NCBI GenBank assembly: GCA_013239625.1
Contig: MU053493.1
Location: forward strand, 1,621,793 to 1,685,792
Direction of reading: 5' to 3'
Length of the DNA stretch: 64,000 nt
From: Lama guanicoe
Lineage: Eukaryota
The position numbers and the translations under genes were made by a program. The notes beneath the pieces were generated by a model that ran no database searches, was not told where the DNA came from, and saw nothing but the letters and a program-made list of their open reading frames with translations. Each line of letters begins with the position of its first letter. Position 1 is the first letter of the stretch. Below are positions 40,421 through 56,256 of the stretch, piece after piece.

Positions 40421-41709
40421 TAACATTCTTTCGTACCCTTCCCAGCCACAGGGTGCCCCCACTTAAGCTCCTCCCACATCTTATGAAGTTCAAGCTCCTT
40501 CTAAGAAACTTGCACCCACTGGGCCCATCACGTCCCCACCAAGTGGGATACACACCAGACGCTCACGTGTTTTGCCCCATGCCCTGTTCACGTGTGCAGT
40601 GCTGTCCCCTACCGCCCCTGCTCCACCTGCTCCTACCTGCCTCATTGTCACCTTCTCTGGGAAGCCCTTTCTCACCCTCCACCTGCCCACCCAGGCAGAG
40701 TGGGGCCTGAACACGCTCCTGCATCAGGGCTGTTGGTGACTTTGCCCTCGTGCCCTGAAACAGCGAGCTCTCCAAGGCAGCACTGTATCCCCTTATCCCC
40801 TCATGTGGAATCCCTGACTTGGTCAAGGCTCACGATGGGGGCTGAACAAATTTGCAACACTGGAGTGAAGGATTTAGTCCTTCTGTAAAGGGAGGACGTT
40901 TGGAAGGTGTCATCTCCATGGGACGGACCCCAGGTTTCCACCATCATTTTAGCCGTATGAAATTAACCAAGCAATAAACAGCACACAGCAGAAAATCCTT
41001 AGAGTGGGCTGGCCAGCTCTGACGGACTCACAGGTGCATGGATGCCTCTCTTAGCATTTCTCCTCCCCACCCACACGCTGCCTTACCTCAGTTTACCTAC
41101 TTCTGTTCTGTGACAGAATGCTGCCCCTCCCCCCGACTTCTGGTCACATCAGGTCGTTTGTAGTGTTTGTGCTCTTCCTGAAATCAGACAGGTCCCCCAG
41201 AAAGTCCCAGAGCCCCACGGGGAGCTTTCGTTAGAAACATCCCAGCCCCGGGGCTGTTCTGTCCTTCCATGGTTCTCCTGCCTGTGCCACTGGCTACTTC
41301 CTCTGGCAGAGAATCTGGTCACCAGGCCCCCAAAGCTGGCTTCACCCCTGCGAGCAGCTATCAAAACACCTTCTCAACAAAACGAATCTACTCTTACAAA
41401 GAAATCTCACACCAGCTGCCCCATCTTTCCACTACACGTACATACGCACATCTCAAGCCATTGCAGCCACGAGCAAGCCCGTTCTCTACCCTACAGCCTC
41501 ACGAGTTTCTAACTCTATTCACTGGGAGGGTTTAACCCGTTGTCTGCCTCCATCACACGGTGATAGACTGAGTACTGTTTAATGCCCTGTTGGTTACATG
41601 AACTCCCACGTCGTGGGCAGGAAGGACCACTATGCCTGAGCTGTGCAATGAGGTCCACGCTGCACATCCACCCTTTCAAGGGCCTGAGACACAGCTGCTT
41701 TTCTTATAG

Positions 41710-41973
<264 letters not shown>

Positions 41974-42680
41974 TGAGGCCTCACAGTCCCTATGGATGCT
42001 AAGTCTTCACCGTATGCCTGCATCCCCTAACACGTCGGGCTGCGCAGTCCTCTTGTGTCTGCCCCCATCTCCTGTCCACATGGGCGCCCACGTCTCTGCC
42101 TTCTCCCATCCAGCCTCCCACTGGAACCACCCTAATCCTCAGAAGCCTGCACCTGACAGTGCAGCCCCTGCTCAAAAACTCCCGGCGCTCCCCACCACCT
42201 GAAGACTCACCATTAAGTCCATTATCACAGCATCCAATGCTCTCCCACGGCCGTCCCCACCCTGTCATGGAAGACCAAGTACCCCCGCCCAAATCAGCCA
42301 TGTCTTCCCCAGATCAAAACCCCACATGGATCACAAGCCCAACTCCAATCCACAATCCTCCATGAAGCCCTGCCCTCACCCCTACACAGAACCCCATCCT
42401 TCTGCGTCTGTATTTCCATTTGTGAACTTCTCTGGTTCTACCTGAAATGGGGGTCACGTGTCTGCAAATTTGTGTCCTCACCTGACCTGGGCGGACGGAA
42501 GCAGAAGTCCCCAGTGACAGCATTTCCTTTCCTTGGATATTGTCTTTAATTGTTAACAATGCAAAGTACTTTTTAATCTGTTATTATTGCTGTTAACAAT
42601 ATTACACATGCACAACTCACAGTACTATAATGTTAGTTATCTGATTCAATTGATTTTTTTCCTCCTCTTTCTTCATGCAG

Positions 42681-42710
42681 CCTAAAGCTCTAAAACTTCT
42701 GGGAATGGAA
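42681..42710 (+). CDS. TRPM1: TRPM1 coding exon 14/25 (30 nt): PKALKLLGME
   Basis: atgcAG|CCT ... GAA|GTAAGT, with a long pyrimidine tract upstream. Confidence 0.94.
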
Positions 42711-43555
42711 GTAAGTAGGATGTGTTTCTAATGGTTTTATGACATCATGGTCCAATAGATGCAGCCTTCTGTGGTGGGTGATTGTTTAACATAAAATTGA
42801 ATGAGTTTCTTTTCCCTGAATAAATCCACCGCACGACACATCAAAATTCACTTGGATGATTTAGTCAAATTACATGAAAAGATCATAGACATTTCTTTAA
42901 AAAATAAAAGCCACCCAATTCGTTTTTATTAAACTGAAGAACAAGATGAGCACCCCCAGTATCGCTGGCATCAGAATTTTCCCCAGTGGTTTTTAAAAGT
43001 GTTCTGGAAATTGTACCACATGAAAAAATAAAGAAAGAAAGAAAGAATACCTCAAAAGGGGAGAAAATTATTACTGGCAAAAAATACTTTGTATCTAGGA
43101 AACCCAGGAAAATCAACAAATTTTCCTCATCATTGGACAAAAGTATCCAGAAGTAACCTTAACAAGGAAGCTTAAGAACAAAGCACTAGACATGAAAATA
43201 TATAAACGGTGGAAGAAATACCGTAACACAGAACATTAAGACTGACTGTTGTAAAGACTCTTCTCAAATAAATTCATGAGTCAAATAACATCCCAATTTC
43301 CATATGGACTCAGGGTAGAAGGTTTTGATTCTGGGTTCAGGGTTGACACTGACCTTCAGCATGGCAGCGTCGCTTTGCTGGAGTTATGTTCCTAGAAGGG
43401 TTATGATGTGCAGTTTCCATAATTCCATGCTCTCTCAGATTGGTCATATCATGTCAGGTCTATCCATTGGGTGAAGGTGTGGTAGAAGTCTCCTGTGAAA
43501 TAGCCTAGTCCCAGTCCTGTTTTTAGGAGCATATTTTTCACTACGTTTATAATAC

Positions 43556-43641
43556 CTTTTTTTTAATAGCAGTACTAGGGATTGAACCCAGGACCTCATG
43601 CATGATGAGTGTGCGCTCTACCACTGGGCTATACCCTCCCC
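43556..43641 (-). mobile_element. tRNA-derived SINE
   Basis: Reverse-complement A/B boxes. Confidence 0.83.
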
Positions 43642-44909
43642 TGTTTCTCTTTCTCTTGTTGATTTGTGGCACTTCTTGAACTGGAGGGAAGTTAGTCCCT
43701 TGTTGTTACATTCTCTCTAACAATCTTAGAATTATTTTAAGAGAATTTACGTACAATTAATATTTTAATAATGTAGTATACTATTGAAGGGTAGGCTTTA
43801 CAGGGTTTCTGTTTTACAATATTTCATTAGCCCTTAGTGGAATTTTCTTTGATTTGATATATTCTTGAAAATAGAGCTATATTTATTTTTTAATATGTAT
43901 AATATCAGTTTTTACCCAATGAAGACCAACCTTCCCTAAATTACTGAAACTGTAGTTTTACTGGGACAAATTAGAAAATTGGAAAAAAACATTTAAATCC
44001 AAGGCAAGAGACAATAGTTTCCAAAAAAAGTCATAACAGGTCATGATGAGGTTATAAAACTTGGGTCAGTTCATGAACAACATGTGATAGGAATTGGAGA
44101 GCCAGGCCCCCCAACCCCGGCCCCAATCACTCCAGCCGTGTGAATGTGGGCAAATTATTCAGACTTTGGGCCACAACTTCCTCCTATGGGGGACTGGAAG
44201 AAATTCACAAAGTCTCAGAGTCACGGTAAGAATAAACATAGATAATTGATGAGAACGCTGTTTGCAAAAGAGCACATGTCCGTTTCTGTTATTCCACTGG
44301 GGACTGAAGTCTTAGCCTGGAATAGTCTCAGCCCCATATATTTCCCTGTCAATCCCGAGTTTCACCCCACATCTCTCCCAGTCGTGACACTTCTTCCTTT
44401 CGGACTCTGCTCCATTTTCAGAACGGTCCCCTGTCACCCCTTTAGGAAACAGGAAATGTTGATCTTCCATTTAGAGTACAGCCATGAAAAGACAAAGCTC
44501 ACTCAACATGGGAACGTTTGCTTCCTTAAACCATTGTGGGGAAATGTAAGACTCTTTTCTCCACTCTCTTTTACGTTTTTCCTATTAATCTCCAGTTCAG
44601 CAGTGTCCGGTAAATGAGTGTTGATATTGGAATATTTCCCTGAGGAAATAAGCTATGGGCTTTATCTCTCCCACAGTGCGATTCATATGTAAGTGTTTTC
44701 TTTGTCTGAGTTTTATAGCATCCCTTCCATTTTTAGAGGCTTGTGGGGAAAAAAAAAAGACCCTTCCAACTCAGGGGTCTAAACTCTTCCAACAGTAGCA
44801 TGCCTTTTCAGTTCATTTGGTTTTCAATGGTTGACTTGTCATAATAAACACGAGCATCTTTTCAAAAGAATTAGTAGACCAAGTGGAAACCATAGATGTG
44901 TTTAATTAA

Positions 44910-45395
<486 letters not shown>

Positions 45396-45419
45396 TAAGC
45401 ACAGTTAACATTTACAGCT

Positions 45420-46006
45420 TGTTCGTAAATTGCTTTCTCCACCACGTTGGGGGACACGGCGGGCTGGTGTCGTGGATGGTAAAAGAATTGACCAGAAACA
45501 GAGAAGTTTTAAGAGACAAAGGAAGAGTTGAATAGATACGCGCCTGCAGGCAAAGTGGGCCACACAGACGAGAGGTGCCAGTGTGTGCGCTGGGGTGAAC
45601 ATGCAGGGTCTTTTATCGGGGTGGGGGGTGTTCGTGTACTGGTACCTGACTGGTTACAGTTGAGGTTAAGACTTGTCAGGGGCTATTCTAAATAACAGGA
45701 TTTATGACTCCAGTAAGGGCAGGGTGTGTAGTGAGGCCTGTCTGCCTGCGGTATTGTGAGATTAGCCATTTCCTAGGGCAGTTGGTCCTACTAGGGCAAG
45801 CACACGTCAGGGAAAAATGCCCTTTTATTTCTTGTGAACGAACAGGGCAGGCACACGGAGGGTCCAGGAGTGGGGTTTGGGGTTTTATGGACTTCAAAGA
45901 GCATGAGCCAGCTCCACACACCAGGTCACTATTTTTCCTTCTGTCTCTCTGAGGGGTTTCCGGACCGGTTTTTGTTGACCACCTTCTTATGCAAACCATG
46001 GAAACA
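45420..46006 (-). mobile_element. Probable solo ERV LTR
   Basis: TGTT...AACA termini, about 590 nt, retained CpGs, minus-strand GATAAAAG TATA-like motif. Family not recognised. Confidence 0.5.
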
Positions 46007-46109
46007 CAACCTTAACACAAAGACAATGAGACAGACTTTCCTAAGGAAGCATGCACTCAGAGGAGTACAGCCTTAGTGAACCTGTGCCCTTGAACTTGAC
46101 CTTCACAAG

Positions 46110-46720
46110 TACCTCTGGTTTTCTCTGCCATAGGAGGGACAGGATGACTGCAGGGGGCTGGAGCTGGGTACTTCCCTTCCCCCAGTTTAGTTAGGGTCTG
46201 ATAAAACACCCATAGGTTAGGCTCTGGTTAACCAGTTTCCCCTGAGGGCAGGCCTTGTTAAGAAGAATGGAAGGCTCTGGGCATGTTTCATGATGGCCCC
46301 CACCCCTCCCCCAGCTGGCCATTTGAGGGGATTCTTCTCCCATCTTCTCTGTGGGAACTTGGTGGGGCTCCCGGAGGTAAAACTCACAAGAGTGTGGACA
46401 CACTTCTCTAAGGCTGGGTCCCCCTGGAGTTACGAACTCGCAAACTTATCCTTGCTGGGCCGCCAGCCGTTCGCCAATTACGGTTGAGGTCCGCCTACCT
46501 GGCCCTGGTCCCTGGGGTTTCTGCTGGTGGTTCCGCTCTGGGGAGCTGTGATTCTCAGTGTCCACATGTCTCGCTCTCTCCAGCTTGGGGGACAGCAGTT
46601 TGTCCTGTGGCCTTAATCCTCTGATGACTCTCGGAAACTTCTGTTGCACTTTTTACTTGTTGTTGGGGACAGAGTGGCAACTTCCAAGTCCCTTAAGTGT
46701 GGGACCAGAAACCAGAAGTC
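46110..46720 (-). mobile_element. Ancient LINE-1 5' UTR fragment (L1M-type)
   Basis: Ends in gcaacttccaagtcccttaagtgtgggaccagaaaccagaagtc, which resembles recalled L1M 5' ends. Confidence 0.45.
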
Positions 46721-46819
46721 CTGGTGCAACTTTATAGACACATGAACTTGAATCCTATACAGACACCTCTGCCAACGTGTGACATCTTCATTTTGTGAAG
46801 CACCCTGCTTTTATCTGAA

Positions 46820-46918
46820 CTTCTTTCTTTCTTTCTGTTTTTAAATGAAGGTACTGGGGACTGAATCCAGGGCCTTGTGCATGCTAAGCATGCGCTCTAC
46901 CACCGAGCTTAACCCCCG
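46820..46918 (-). mobile_element. tRNA-derived SINE
   Basis: Reverse-complement A/B boxes. Confidence 0.8.
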
Positions 46919-47488
46919 CCGCCTCCCACCAACTGGATTTCTAAAATCATTAGCTGATTTTTAAACGTCAGGTATTCAAGCCTCTCTATAAATAGGGAGA
47001 TGCCCCCCTGCCTCCATGGATGGGCCCTTTCTGGCGACCCCTGCAGCCTGTGGGACCTGAGACCTGAAAGTACTTCAGAAAGCATGCGTCTCCAGGGAAC
47101 AGAGAAGGCCATTCCCCTACACGTACTTCCTCCCTTTTTCTCATAACTGGCATAAAACTGTCTATAAAATGGAGAAACAAAAATACGTGGCTGTATCTTA
47201 AACACATTCCACAAAAAATGTTGAAGGACCAAGGAATGCTCAGGCCTGTCCTTAAATACTTGAATCAGGGTCGTGTGCACAGGGAAGACGTCTGTGTTCA
47301 CAATTCAGCTATGTCACCTCCTCCGCACGACCCTTGGCTCCCACCCCCCACCCCACTTCCAGCAATTGGACCCTCCCAGCTCTGGGTTGCCAGGACAACC
47401 AGACCTTGTCTCCATCACAGCACGGAGCATGCCTTATTGAAGCATTGCACACCTACTGAGAAAGGCACGTGTGCATCACTTGCGGCTT

Positions 47489-47576
47489 GGGGTGGGTGGG
47501 TGTAGCTCAGTGGTAGAGCATGTGCTTAGCATGCACAACGTCCTGGGTTTAACCCTCTGCACCCCTGTTAGAAAAA
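47489..47576 (+). mobile_element. tRNA-derived SINE
   Basis: A box intact, degenerate B box. Confidence 0.8.
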
Positions 47577-47590
47577 TTGGGGCTTGGTGA

Positions 47591-48310
<720 letters not shown>

Positions 48311-49530
48311 TGACATCCGGGGGCACTGACGCTGTCCGGCTGAGCTAAGCCGTTCCTGGGGCTGAATTTCATTCACTGCTCCGAACAACCCAGGAAGGGA
48401 GACGCCGTGACAGTCCTTGTCTCAAATCTGGAGAGCCTGCAGCTCCAAGATGAAATGACTTGCCTGGGATCTGAGCTATAGGGTGTGGGCCCAGCACCGG
48501 AACCCTGGTGGTCTAAGCCAACCTACAGTGTGTCTTGCTTGCAGGCATGGGGTCCAGCCTGACTAGTCATGCAGCCCTGGACCACCCGCCCTGCCACTAA
48601 AGCAGACACCTGGCTCTGTTTCTATAGATTCCCTTACAACTTTGAAAGTGTGTCATATCATTTCAGTTGGCAATGTTTTCATTCTGTGGGGTTTGTGAGA
48701 GAATACGAAGCTGTGAAAGGGTTTGAAAAGGATTTAGTGGGTAGAAAATTGTCCTGTGAGCAAATCCTAGCGCTGCTGTTTACTACTGTTAACTACTAGG
48801 TTATCTTAAGAAGAGATTTGCATCTTCAGATAAGCCACTCCGTGATGGTGACAGGGTACTGATCTTGTGGGATTGCTGTCAGGATAAAGAAAAGACAGTC
48901 TGTGTTGTACTGGCAGCCTGGTTCTGACAGACGGAAGGCACTCCGTTTCTTTCTTTTTTTTTTTTTTGTAGTTCTATTTTTTTCTGTTTCAAAATTGACA
49001 TATATGTACTGTTCCTTGTTTCTAAGAACAGTTGAGAGTTCCAGCTTTTTAAACTTACATAGTTATCAAAGGAATAAAGCCAACCACAAGATAAGAATCA
49101 TCAGAATGCAGTAATCCAATCATAAGGGACAGTCAAATGAAGGTACTCCGTTTCTTGAAAGTATGAATGTGTCCCCTGACTGTCCAGTCCTACACAATGC
49201 ACTAAGCTGATGTTATACATAAGTTCAAATGTGAATAAATAAATAGCTCTCCCGTCCCCCCAAGAACTATGCATCTTAAAGTAAAGAACATGTCCTGCAA
49301 GAAACCACACAAAAGTTAAGTTTCAGTTATGATTTCAGTTAAAATTCAGAGTGACTTTTGAGCAACTGGTAGAATGTCAAAAAGTCTCTTTGACCTTTGA
49401 TACCGTGAACATCTTTCTTCAGTGGCACCAGAATTCTCCATTAGAATTGCAGTCATGGCACGCCATGTGGCCGTACCATGGACAGTGCTTTGTATAGTAA
49501 TAAAAATGTAAATACTTTTTATTGTTTCCA

Positions 49531-49650
49531 TTTATTTATTTATTTATTTATTTTTAAATTCTTGTTTCTCCCCCTTAATGAAAGCACTGGAGTTTGAACC
49601 CAGAACCTCACGCACGCTAAGCACGAACTCGACCGCTGAGCTATACCCCG
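49531..49650 (-). mobile_element. tRNA-derived SINE
   Basis: Reverse-complement A/B boxes, (TTTA)n tail. Confidence 0.8.
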
Positions 49651-50270
49651 ACTCTCAGTTTTCAGCTTTTAGAATAATCGCATAGATATAGCATTGAAGA
49701 CTGAAATGCAATTCCTAGACACACTACAAAAGGCGGTGTTTGCATCACAAACTAATTACCTACGTGTATTTGAATCTGTTTCCAGACCATCCGGTCTGCT
49801 CCATTGTCTGGTCTATTCATGTACCTGAACCACATGGTTTTAATTACTGATGTTTTTACAGTACAATTTTTAGCATATGGTAGATTAGCCTTTTTGTGTT
49901 ATTCTGAGTAATGGATGACTGAGGGGAAATTGTGAAAAGTGACCACTGAGCATTGGGAACAGAGTTCAGTCTCAGAGACACACAGCACAGCACAGGTAAA
50001 AATGACGAGGGTTTCTGTCCATGGGCTGCACCCTCCTTCTGCTGCCTCGGCTGAGCCCTTCAGTCCTACTCTCATGAGTCATGTTTGTCTCACGACTCTT
50101 GGTCCATATGCTCACAGCATTTAGATCTAAGTTATTTCTCTATAAAACATGTTTGGTCTACTTCGCTAGAGGTATCATTCTATTTTATTTATCTATTTAC
50201 TTACTTAGGTTTACTTACTATATTTTACTTTAAAATTTTACCTGCTTTGAAATTCTTTGAAAGATCTTCC

Positions 50271-50397
50271 TTGTTGGTTGGTTTTGGTGGGGGGAGAAGG
50301 TAATTAAGTTTATTTATTTATTTAATGGAGGTACTGAGGATTGAACCCAGGACCTCATGCAAAGCACATGCTCTACCCCTGAGCTATACCCTCCCCC
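50271..50397 (-). mobile_element. tRNA-derived SINE
   Basis: A/B boxes; flanking aagatctt. Confidence 0.85.
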
Positions 50398-50676
50398 ATT
50401 CGATGTAAGATCTTTGCTTTTTAAGTCAAGATTCCACACAATAATGCTTGCTGTTCATCTAGAAAAAGTCAGCAATGTTCTTCAGCTTCTCACTGTCTGT
50501 TATTTTCCCAAGACATAAACCCGATCAGCCCTGGAACATCAGAGCAGAGACAGACCCGTTCTGGGGCTGAGATCACCGAGTCATACTGAAGTTCCTAATT
50601 TTGAAATTTTGCCTATACTGGGAAAACTGGGGGGAGCTGTTGTAGCTTAAAAATCCACTTTTCTCATCACACGTAG

Positions 50677-50832
<156 letters not shown>

Positions 50833-50996
50833 TGACTCTCGTTTTCAGAATGGTGGAGATTTCTCCTACCGTGAATTTAGGAGCCCCAGTAATCGGGGAC
50901 ATTTTTATAATCCTTTATTTTGCAAGGCGCCTGCCTGTTCAATACGATGCTGGGGTCCAGGCGTTTCCCACATGCTGAGCGCTGTGCTGTTTCTAG

Positions 50997-51155
<159 letters not shown>

Positions 51156-51212
51156 TGAGCATCTTTTGATCCTTAGATATGATAGAATCAAAAAAAAAAA
51201 GTCCGGGGATTA

Positions 51213-51350
51213 GGGGGTGATGGGTACAGCTCAATGGTAGAGCTCATGCTTAGCATGCACAAGGTCCTGGGTTCAGTCCCCAATACCTCCATTTAAAAAA
51301 AAAAAAAGAAGAAACAAATAAAGAAACCTAATTACCCCTCCCCCCCAAAA
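51213..51350 (+). mobile_element. tRNA-derived SINE
   Basis: A/B boxes, CCTAATTACC tail. Confidence 0.85.
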
Positions 51351-52340
51351 GCCTTTTTTTTAATTCTAAAAATTAAAGAATAAATGAGTGCTGCCTCTGG
51401 ATGCAGGAGAGGGGGTCGGTCGCAGGCTTTATAGTTTCCCAGGGGTTCCCGTGGCAGCCCAGCTTGGAGAACTCTCGCTCTGATCCCTCCGCAGAGACTA
51501 GATAGTGGGTACATGGGATGTTACCTGTATCCTGGTAAAAAACTTAAACAATCAGGGGCAGGCAGCTTAAAAAAAAAAAAAAAAGACTGCAAATCACAAA
51601 TACAGAGTTGTTAGCAACGCCCTCCTGACCATTCGCCATTCCCCAAGACTCCAGGAGGGGCCAGCGGAGAGCCGTGAAGCTGAATGTTCTTCATCTTCAG
51701 AGTGAATCAAGCTCAGTGGTCTTCAGACCACCTCCCTCCAGCTCATGCCTCACTCCCAGACACATGCAAACCCTACATCTACAGAGATAGGGACCCTGTT
51801 GTGGACACAGCACGTCACAGACATGCCAGTCCTAACTGAGGGGGCTTTGGCACAACCATGAGTGCCTGGACAGCCACCTTGTCATCATCCTCCTCCCTTC
51901 CCACCTCCCACATCCATCAGTAGCAGAAAGATTCAAGGAGGAAACTGGCAAGCCAGGGAGGAGTGAGTAACATTTTCCAGTTTCCAGGAATGTAGAAGAC
52001 ACACCGGCAAATGACTCAAAAGTTTCCCCATGTATCATCATTTCATGCAACTTCATAATTCTCCCATGAGGCCAATAGTCGCAGCAAATATATCTTCATT
52101 TAGAGAATGAACTGTCCACGCCCACTACCTTGCGCTAAATTCCAAAACGCCCGCGGACAGGCCTCAAAGTTCTCCGCATGCCGATGCCGCAGTGATGGGC
52201 GTGGGAGAGTCAGTGCCCCGGAAATGCAAAATGGGTTTTGAAGATGTGTCCACCTGGAAACAGGGTTTCAGAGCTTCCCTCACCCCCGCCCCCAGCACGT
52301 GCACTCTCCCCAGATGCCACTCACCGTCTCTGCCTTTCAG

Positions 52341-52469
52341 ATCTCGTACCTGGGCTACCTGCTGCTGTTCAACTACGTCATCCTGGTGCGGATGGAGCGC
52401 TGGCCCTGCCTGCAGGAGTGGGTGGTCATCTCCTACATCGTGAGCCTGGCCTTAGAGAAAATACGGGAG
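52341..52469 (+). CDS. TRPM1: TRPM1 coding exon 19/25: [10 protein letters not shown]...LEKIRE (S1-S2)
   Basis: tttcAG|ATC ... GAG|GTGATG, 129 nt, hydrophobic segments. Confidence 0.96.
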
Positions 52470-54512
52470 GTGATGCTCTGCCGGCCGGCCCCAGCCTCGC
52501 CACTCCAATGTCGCTTCAACTCAGTGTAGCTTCTTATTGCCAGAAAGTGTCCTGCAGATCCTAAGTGCTGTGGAACCCGACTTTCGTGGTGTCCCAATCC
52601 CTAGTTGATTCCATTGCTTCAGACCTATATGCCTTCTGCTTCCAACTGAATTTGAACTTGAAAGTCAAAGCACAAGGCAAAAAAGAAGTGATGCTTGGTA
52701 ATAAAAACAAGTCTGAGTGCCGATAAAAGCGGCAGTTGGTGCCGCCAGGGACCTGAGATAAACTAATTACTTCAACTGGCTACAAATTTTAGCTCAGTTT
52801 TCTGGGAGTTGAAAGTAGAAAGAGAGATGGAAGGGGTGACGTTTTTCTTGTAACTCAAGACTTAGAACTACATTGTGCTAGCCGGGCCTCCCCACACCCG
52901 AGGTGGGGATTCTCGTGCAGGTGGTGGGCAGGCCAGGAGAGAGGATGGGGCTGGGCAGATGAGGGCTGGGCACACCCACGGGGTGAGAGCCTCCCGCGCC
53001 TCTGGGCAGACCACCAGATCACCTGCTGCAACCAGAGAGAACGAGGTTTTCAACTCAGTGTGGAAGAAAGGACAGACAGCTGGCATCACAGGGGACTTAA
53101 AACCACATCTAACTCCAAGGAGACAACCTCTGCGGGTGGCAGAGGACATACAGCCCAGGTCCTCTTTTTTCTAATAGCATCCTCGAGTCCTAACTCATGA
53201 TATCAGCTTATAAAGGGAAAGCTTATAGCCAAGAAAAAAAATGAACTTGAACTGAGAGAGAGCACACAGCCGGATTTCATGTTCCTTCTCCAACTGACAT
53301 AGAACCAATATTACTATTATTTTTTGCATTCTTGTTTATTGCAGTCTGGTCAGTTTACCATGTTGTGTCAGTTTCTGGTGTAGAGCATCATGTTTCAGTC
53401 ACACATATACATACCTATATTCGTTTTCATATTTTTTTCATTATAGAACCAATATTGTTATTTTGCAATCATCATTGACCCTTTCCCTGAAATGAAAAAT
53501 AATGACTCTCCTTCCCAGTAGAGCTAATTTGATGCCATCAGTCTCAGGGGAGCCTGAGAAACCGGGAGTGCCGAGTGCAAATTTTTCAGCCCATCTCCTC
53601 CTCCTACTCCTCTTTCTTTTTGAGCTGGGCTTCATTCACACTCTGCCAATGTTACAACTGGGATTTCCCACGTGGCCTGACGTGCCATCTCTGGTGCCGC
53701 TGTGTTCTTGTTGAGCCTCAACCCTGTGCTAAGACACTGTTCTTCACCCCAAAGAGCTCACCCCCCCCACCCCTGTTATAGGGAAGAGGGCAGGTGGCTG
53801 TCAGCCAGGGTGCACGGGATATTGAACTAGTGAATCCCTTCCTTCTGTGTTGGCCAATAAATAGCCACCACCCCATCTCACCCCCAGGGTCCCCAGGACC
53901 TACTCAGTTTCCATAAGTCAAGGGGTACCACCTTTAAAGGCCCCCACCCTGCTACACACCATAGCTGCGTCCGTGGGGCTTGTTCTGTGCATGCCGGTGC
54001 ACGCTGCTTGTTAAATATTTGCAGTTTTACTCTGAGGACATGTCCTTTTAGTCAGTGGGGAATTTTAAAAGGGTAATATCTCAAGGAGGAGAAACTCCAG
54101 TCCCACCTTCCCCTGACTCCTATCAGAGTTCCAAAGGAATGTTGGTAAATAAACATTTCCTATCCAGACTCTGCCAGCTCCTCCGGGTGGACCGGCCCTC
54201 TGGGGGACCACACGGGTTTATCTCTCCCCTAGAGGTTTCCTCCTGGGCTGACTCTGGAACATGGGCTCACAGGCATGTGTCCAGAAAAGAAGTCAAAAGG
54301 CAGCTGCTGTCATAATACCCAGAGGGACACAATTTAGAAGGCATTTCCTGAGAGTTTGTGAAACACTGAATCCAGGAATATAGAGGATTCTGTGGCATTT
54401 CCCTTTCTAGATATCCTTCTGCCTGAGAAGATTAGTGCTTGGAAGCCTTGAGTAGGAAAGGGGACCAGATGCCCCGGAATGCTGCTCCAATTCTGTCTTC
54501 CCAAGATCCTAA

Positions 54513-54857
<345 letters not shown>

Positions 54858-54992
54858 TAACTAGAGACCCCGTGGCTGTGGTTAGGACCTGACACCAGGT
54901 GTCGGGCATGGCCATGGTAGATTTCATTTGACCTTTCCTTTGTAGCTGGTTTCTTGCAGGACGTGGTCTTTGCTTTAAAATACATAGTTCTT

Positions 54993-55120
54993 GGGGCGAC
55001 GGGAGAGCACAGTGGTAGAGCATGTGCTTAGCACACCCACGGTCCTGGATTCAATCCTCAGTCCTTCTGTTAAAAAAATAAATAAATAAGTAAACATAAT
55101 TACCAAAAATAAAAATAAAA
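54993..55120 (+). mobile_element. tRNA-derived SINE
   Basis: Flanking repeat catagttct. Confidence 0.8.
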
Positions 55121-55643
55121 AGCATAGTTCTCCTACATACTGATGGCTTAATTAAAAGTCCAACTGACAGACATGAGTCGAGGGCCTACTGTATATATTG
55201 ACAGATTTTGGATAACCGCCTAACATGTAGTAGAAGCCAGAGACAAAGGGGGACCAGGGTCACTCCCCCAACCCAGACTCCAGACAGTCTTCAGCTTGTG
55301 TGCTGTGGCCTGGAGTGGACACAGGCAATTCATGTGATTAGGTCAAGGTAAGACAAATCCACAGCAATACTGACCCCAGAACAGGTCAGGAAATATGAAA
55401 CTAAAAACGAACCAGCAGTTCATTCTTACATCACCAAAAATATAACCTCAGTGTTGAGACTAGTCCCAGAAGAAAGGAAGTTTTCTACACTTAGGAATAA
55501 CTCTTCACAGGGCAGGTGGTTTCAAGCCAAGAGATACATGGTTTCACGGACCCCAGCGAGGGCCCTTATCTTCAGAAATGGTCAAAATTGGGAATTATAC
55601 AAGGACAATATCCACAGTATCCAGAGTATTGCTCGTTGTAACA

Positions 55644-55784
55644 ATCCACTGTGTGAATGCATCTTCTGGTGCATCCGCGTCCTAGAGGTCTTTGGTGTCG
55701 ACAGGTACCTGGGGCCCTACGTGATGATATCAGAAAGACACCCTGTGAGTAACTAGGCACCATGGCGGGACCTGAGGCCAGGTG
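55644..55784 (+). pseudogene. Degenerate intronic duplicate of the 3' part of coding exon 20 plus its downstream intron (source 54726-54901)
   Basis: Aligns by eye to 54726-54901. The exon-derived part has about 13 substitutions and two 1-nt deletions in about 98 nt. Confidence 0.9.
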
Positions 55785-56007
55785 CTAACCATTTGTATAA
55801 TAAATGACTAAACATCAGTGTGTACCCTCCACTCATTATCTTGTTGCCTCCTTAGATGTCTCCCCCTCTTACTCCAAAATCTGGGAGCCCATGGTGGGAA
55901 GGAGAGAGCCAGAAGAAGCTCCCTTCATCTTAATTAAGCACTCCTGAAGTCTTTGAGGAACACAATGTAATGAACCAGGTGAACTCGGCCGTGAGTCAAG
56001 GCAGTAA

Positions 56008-56256
<249 letters not shown>

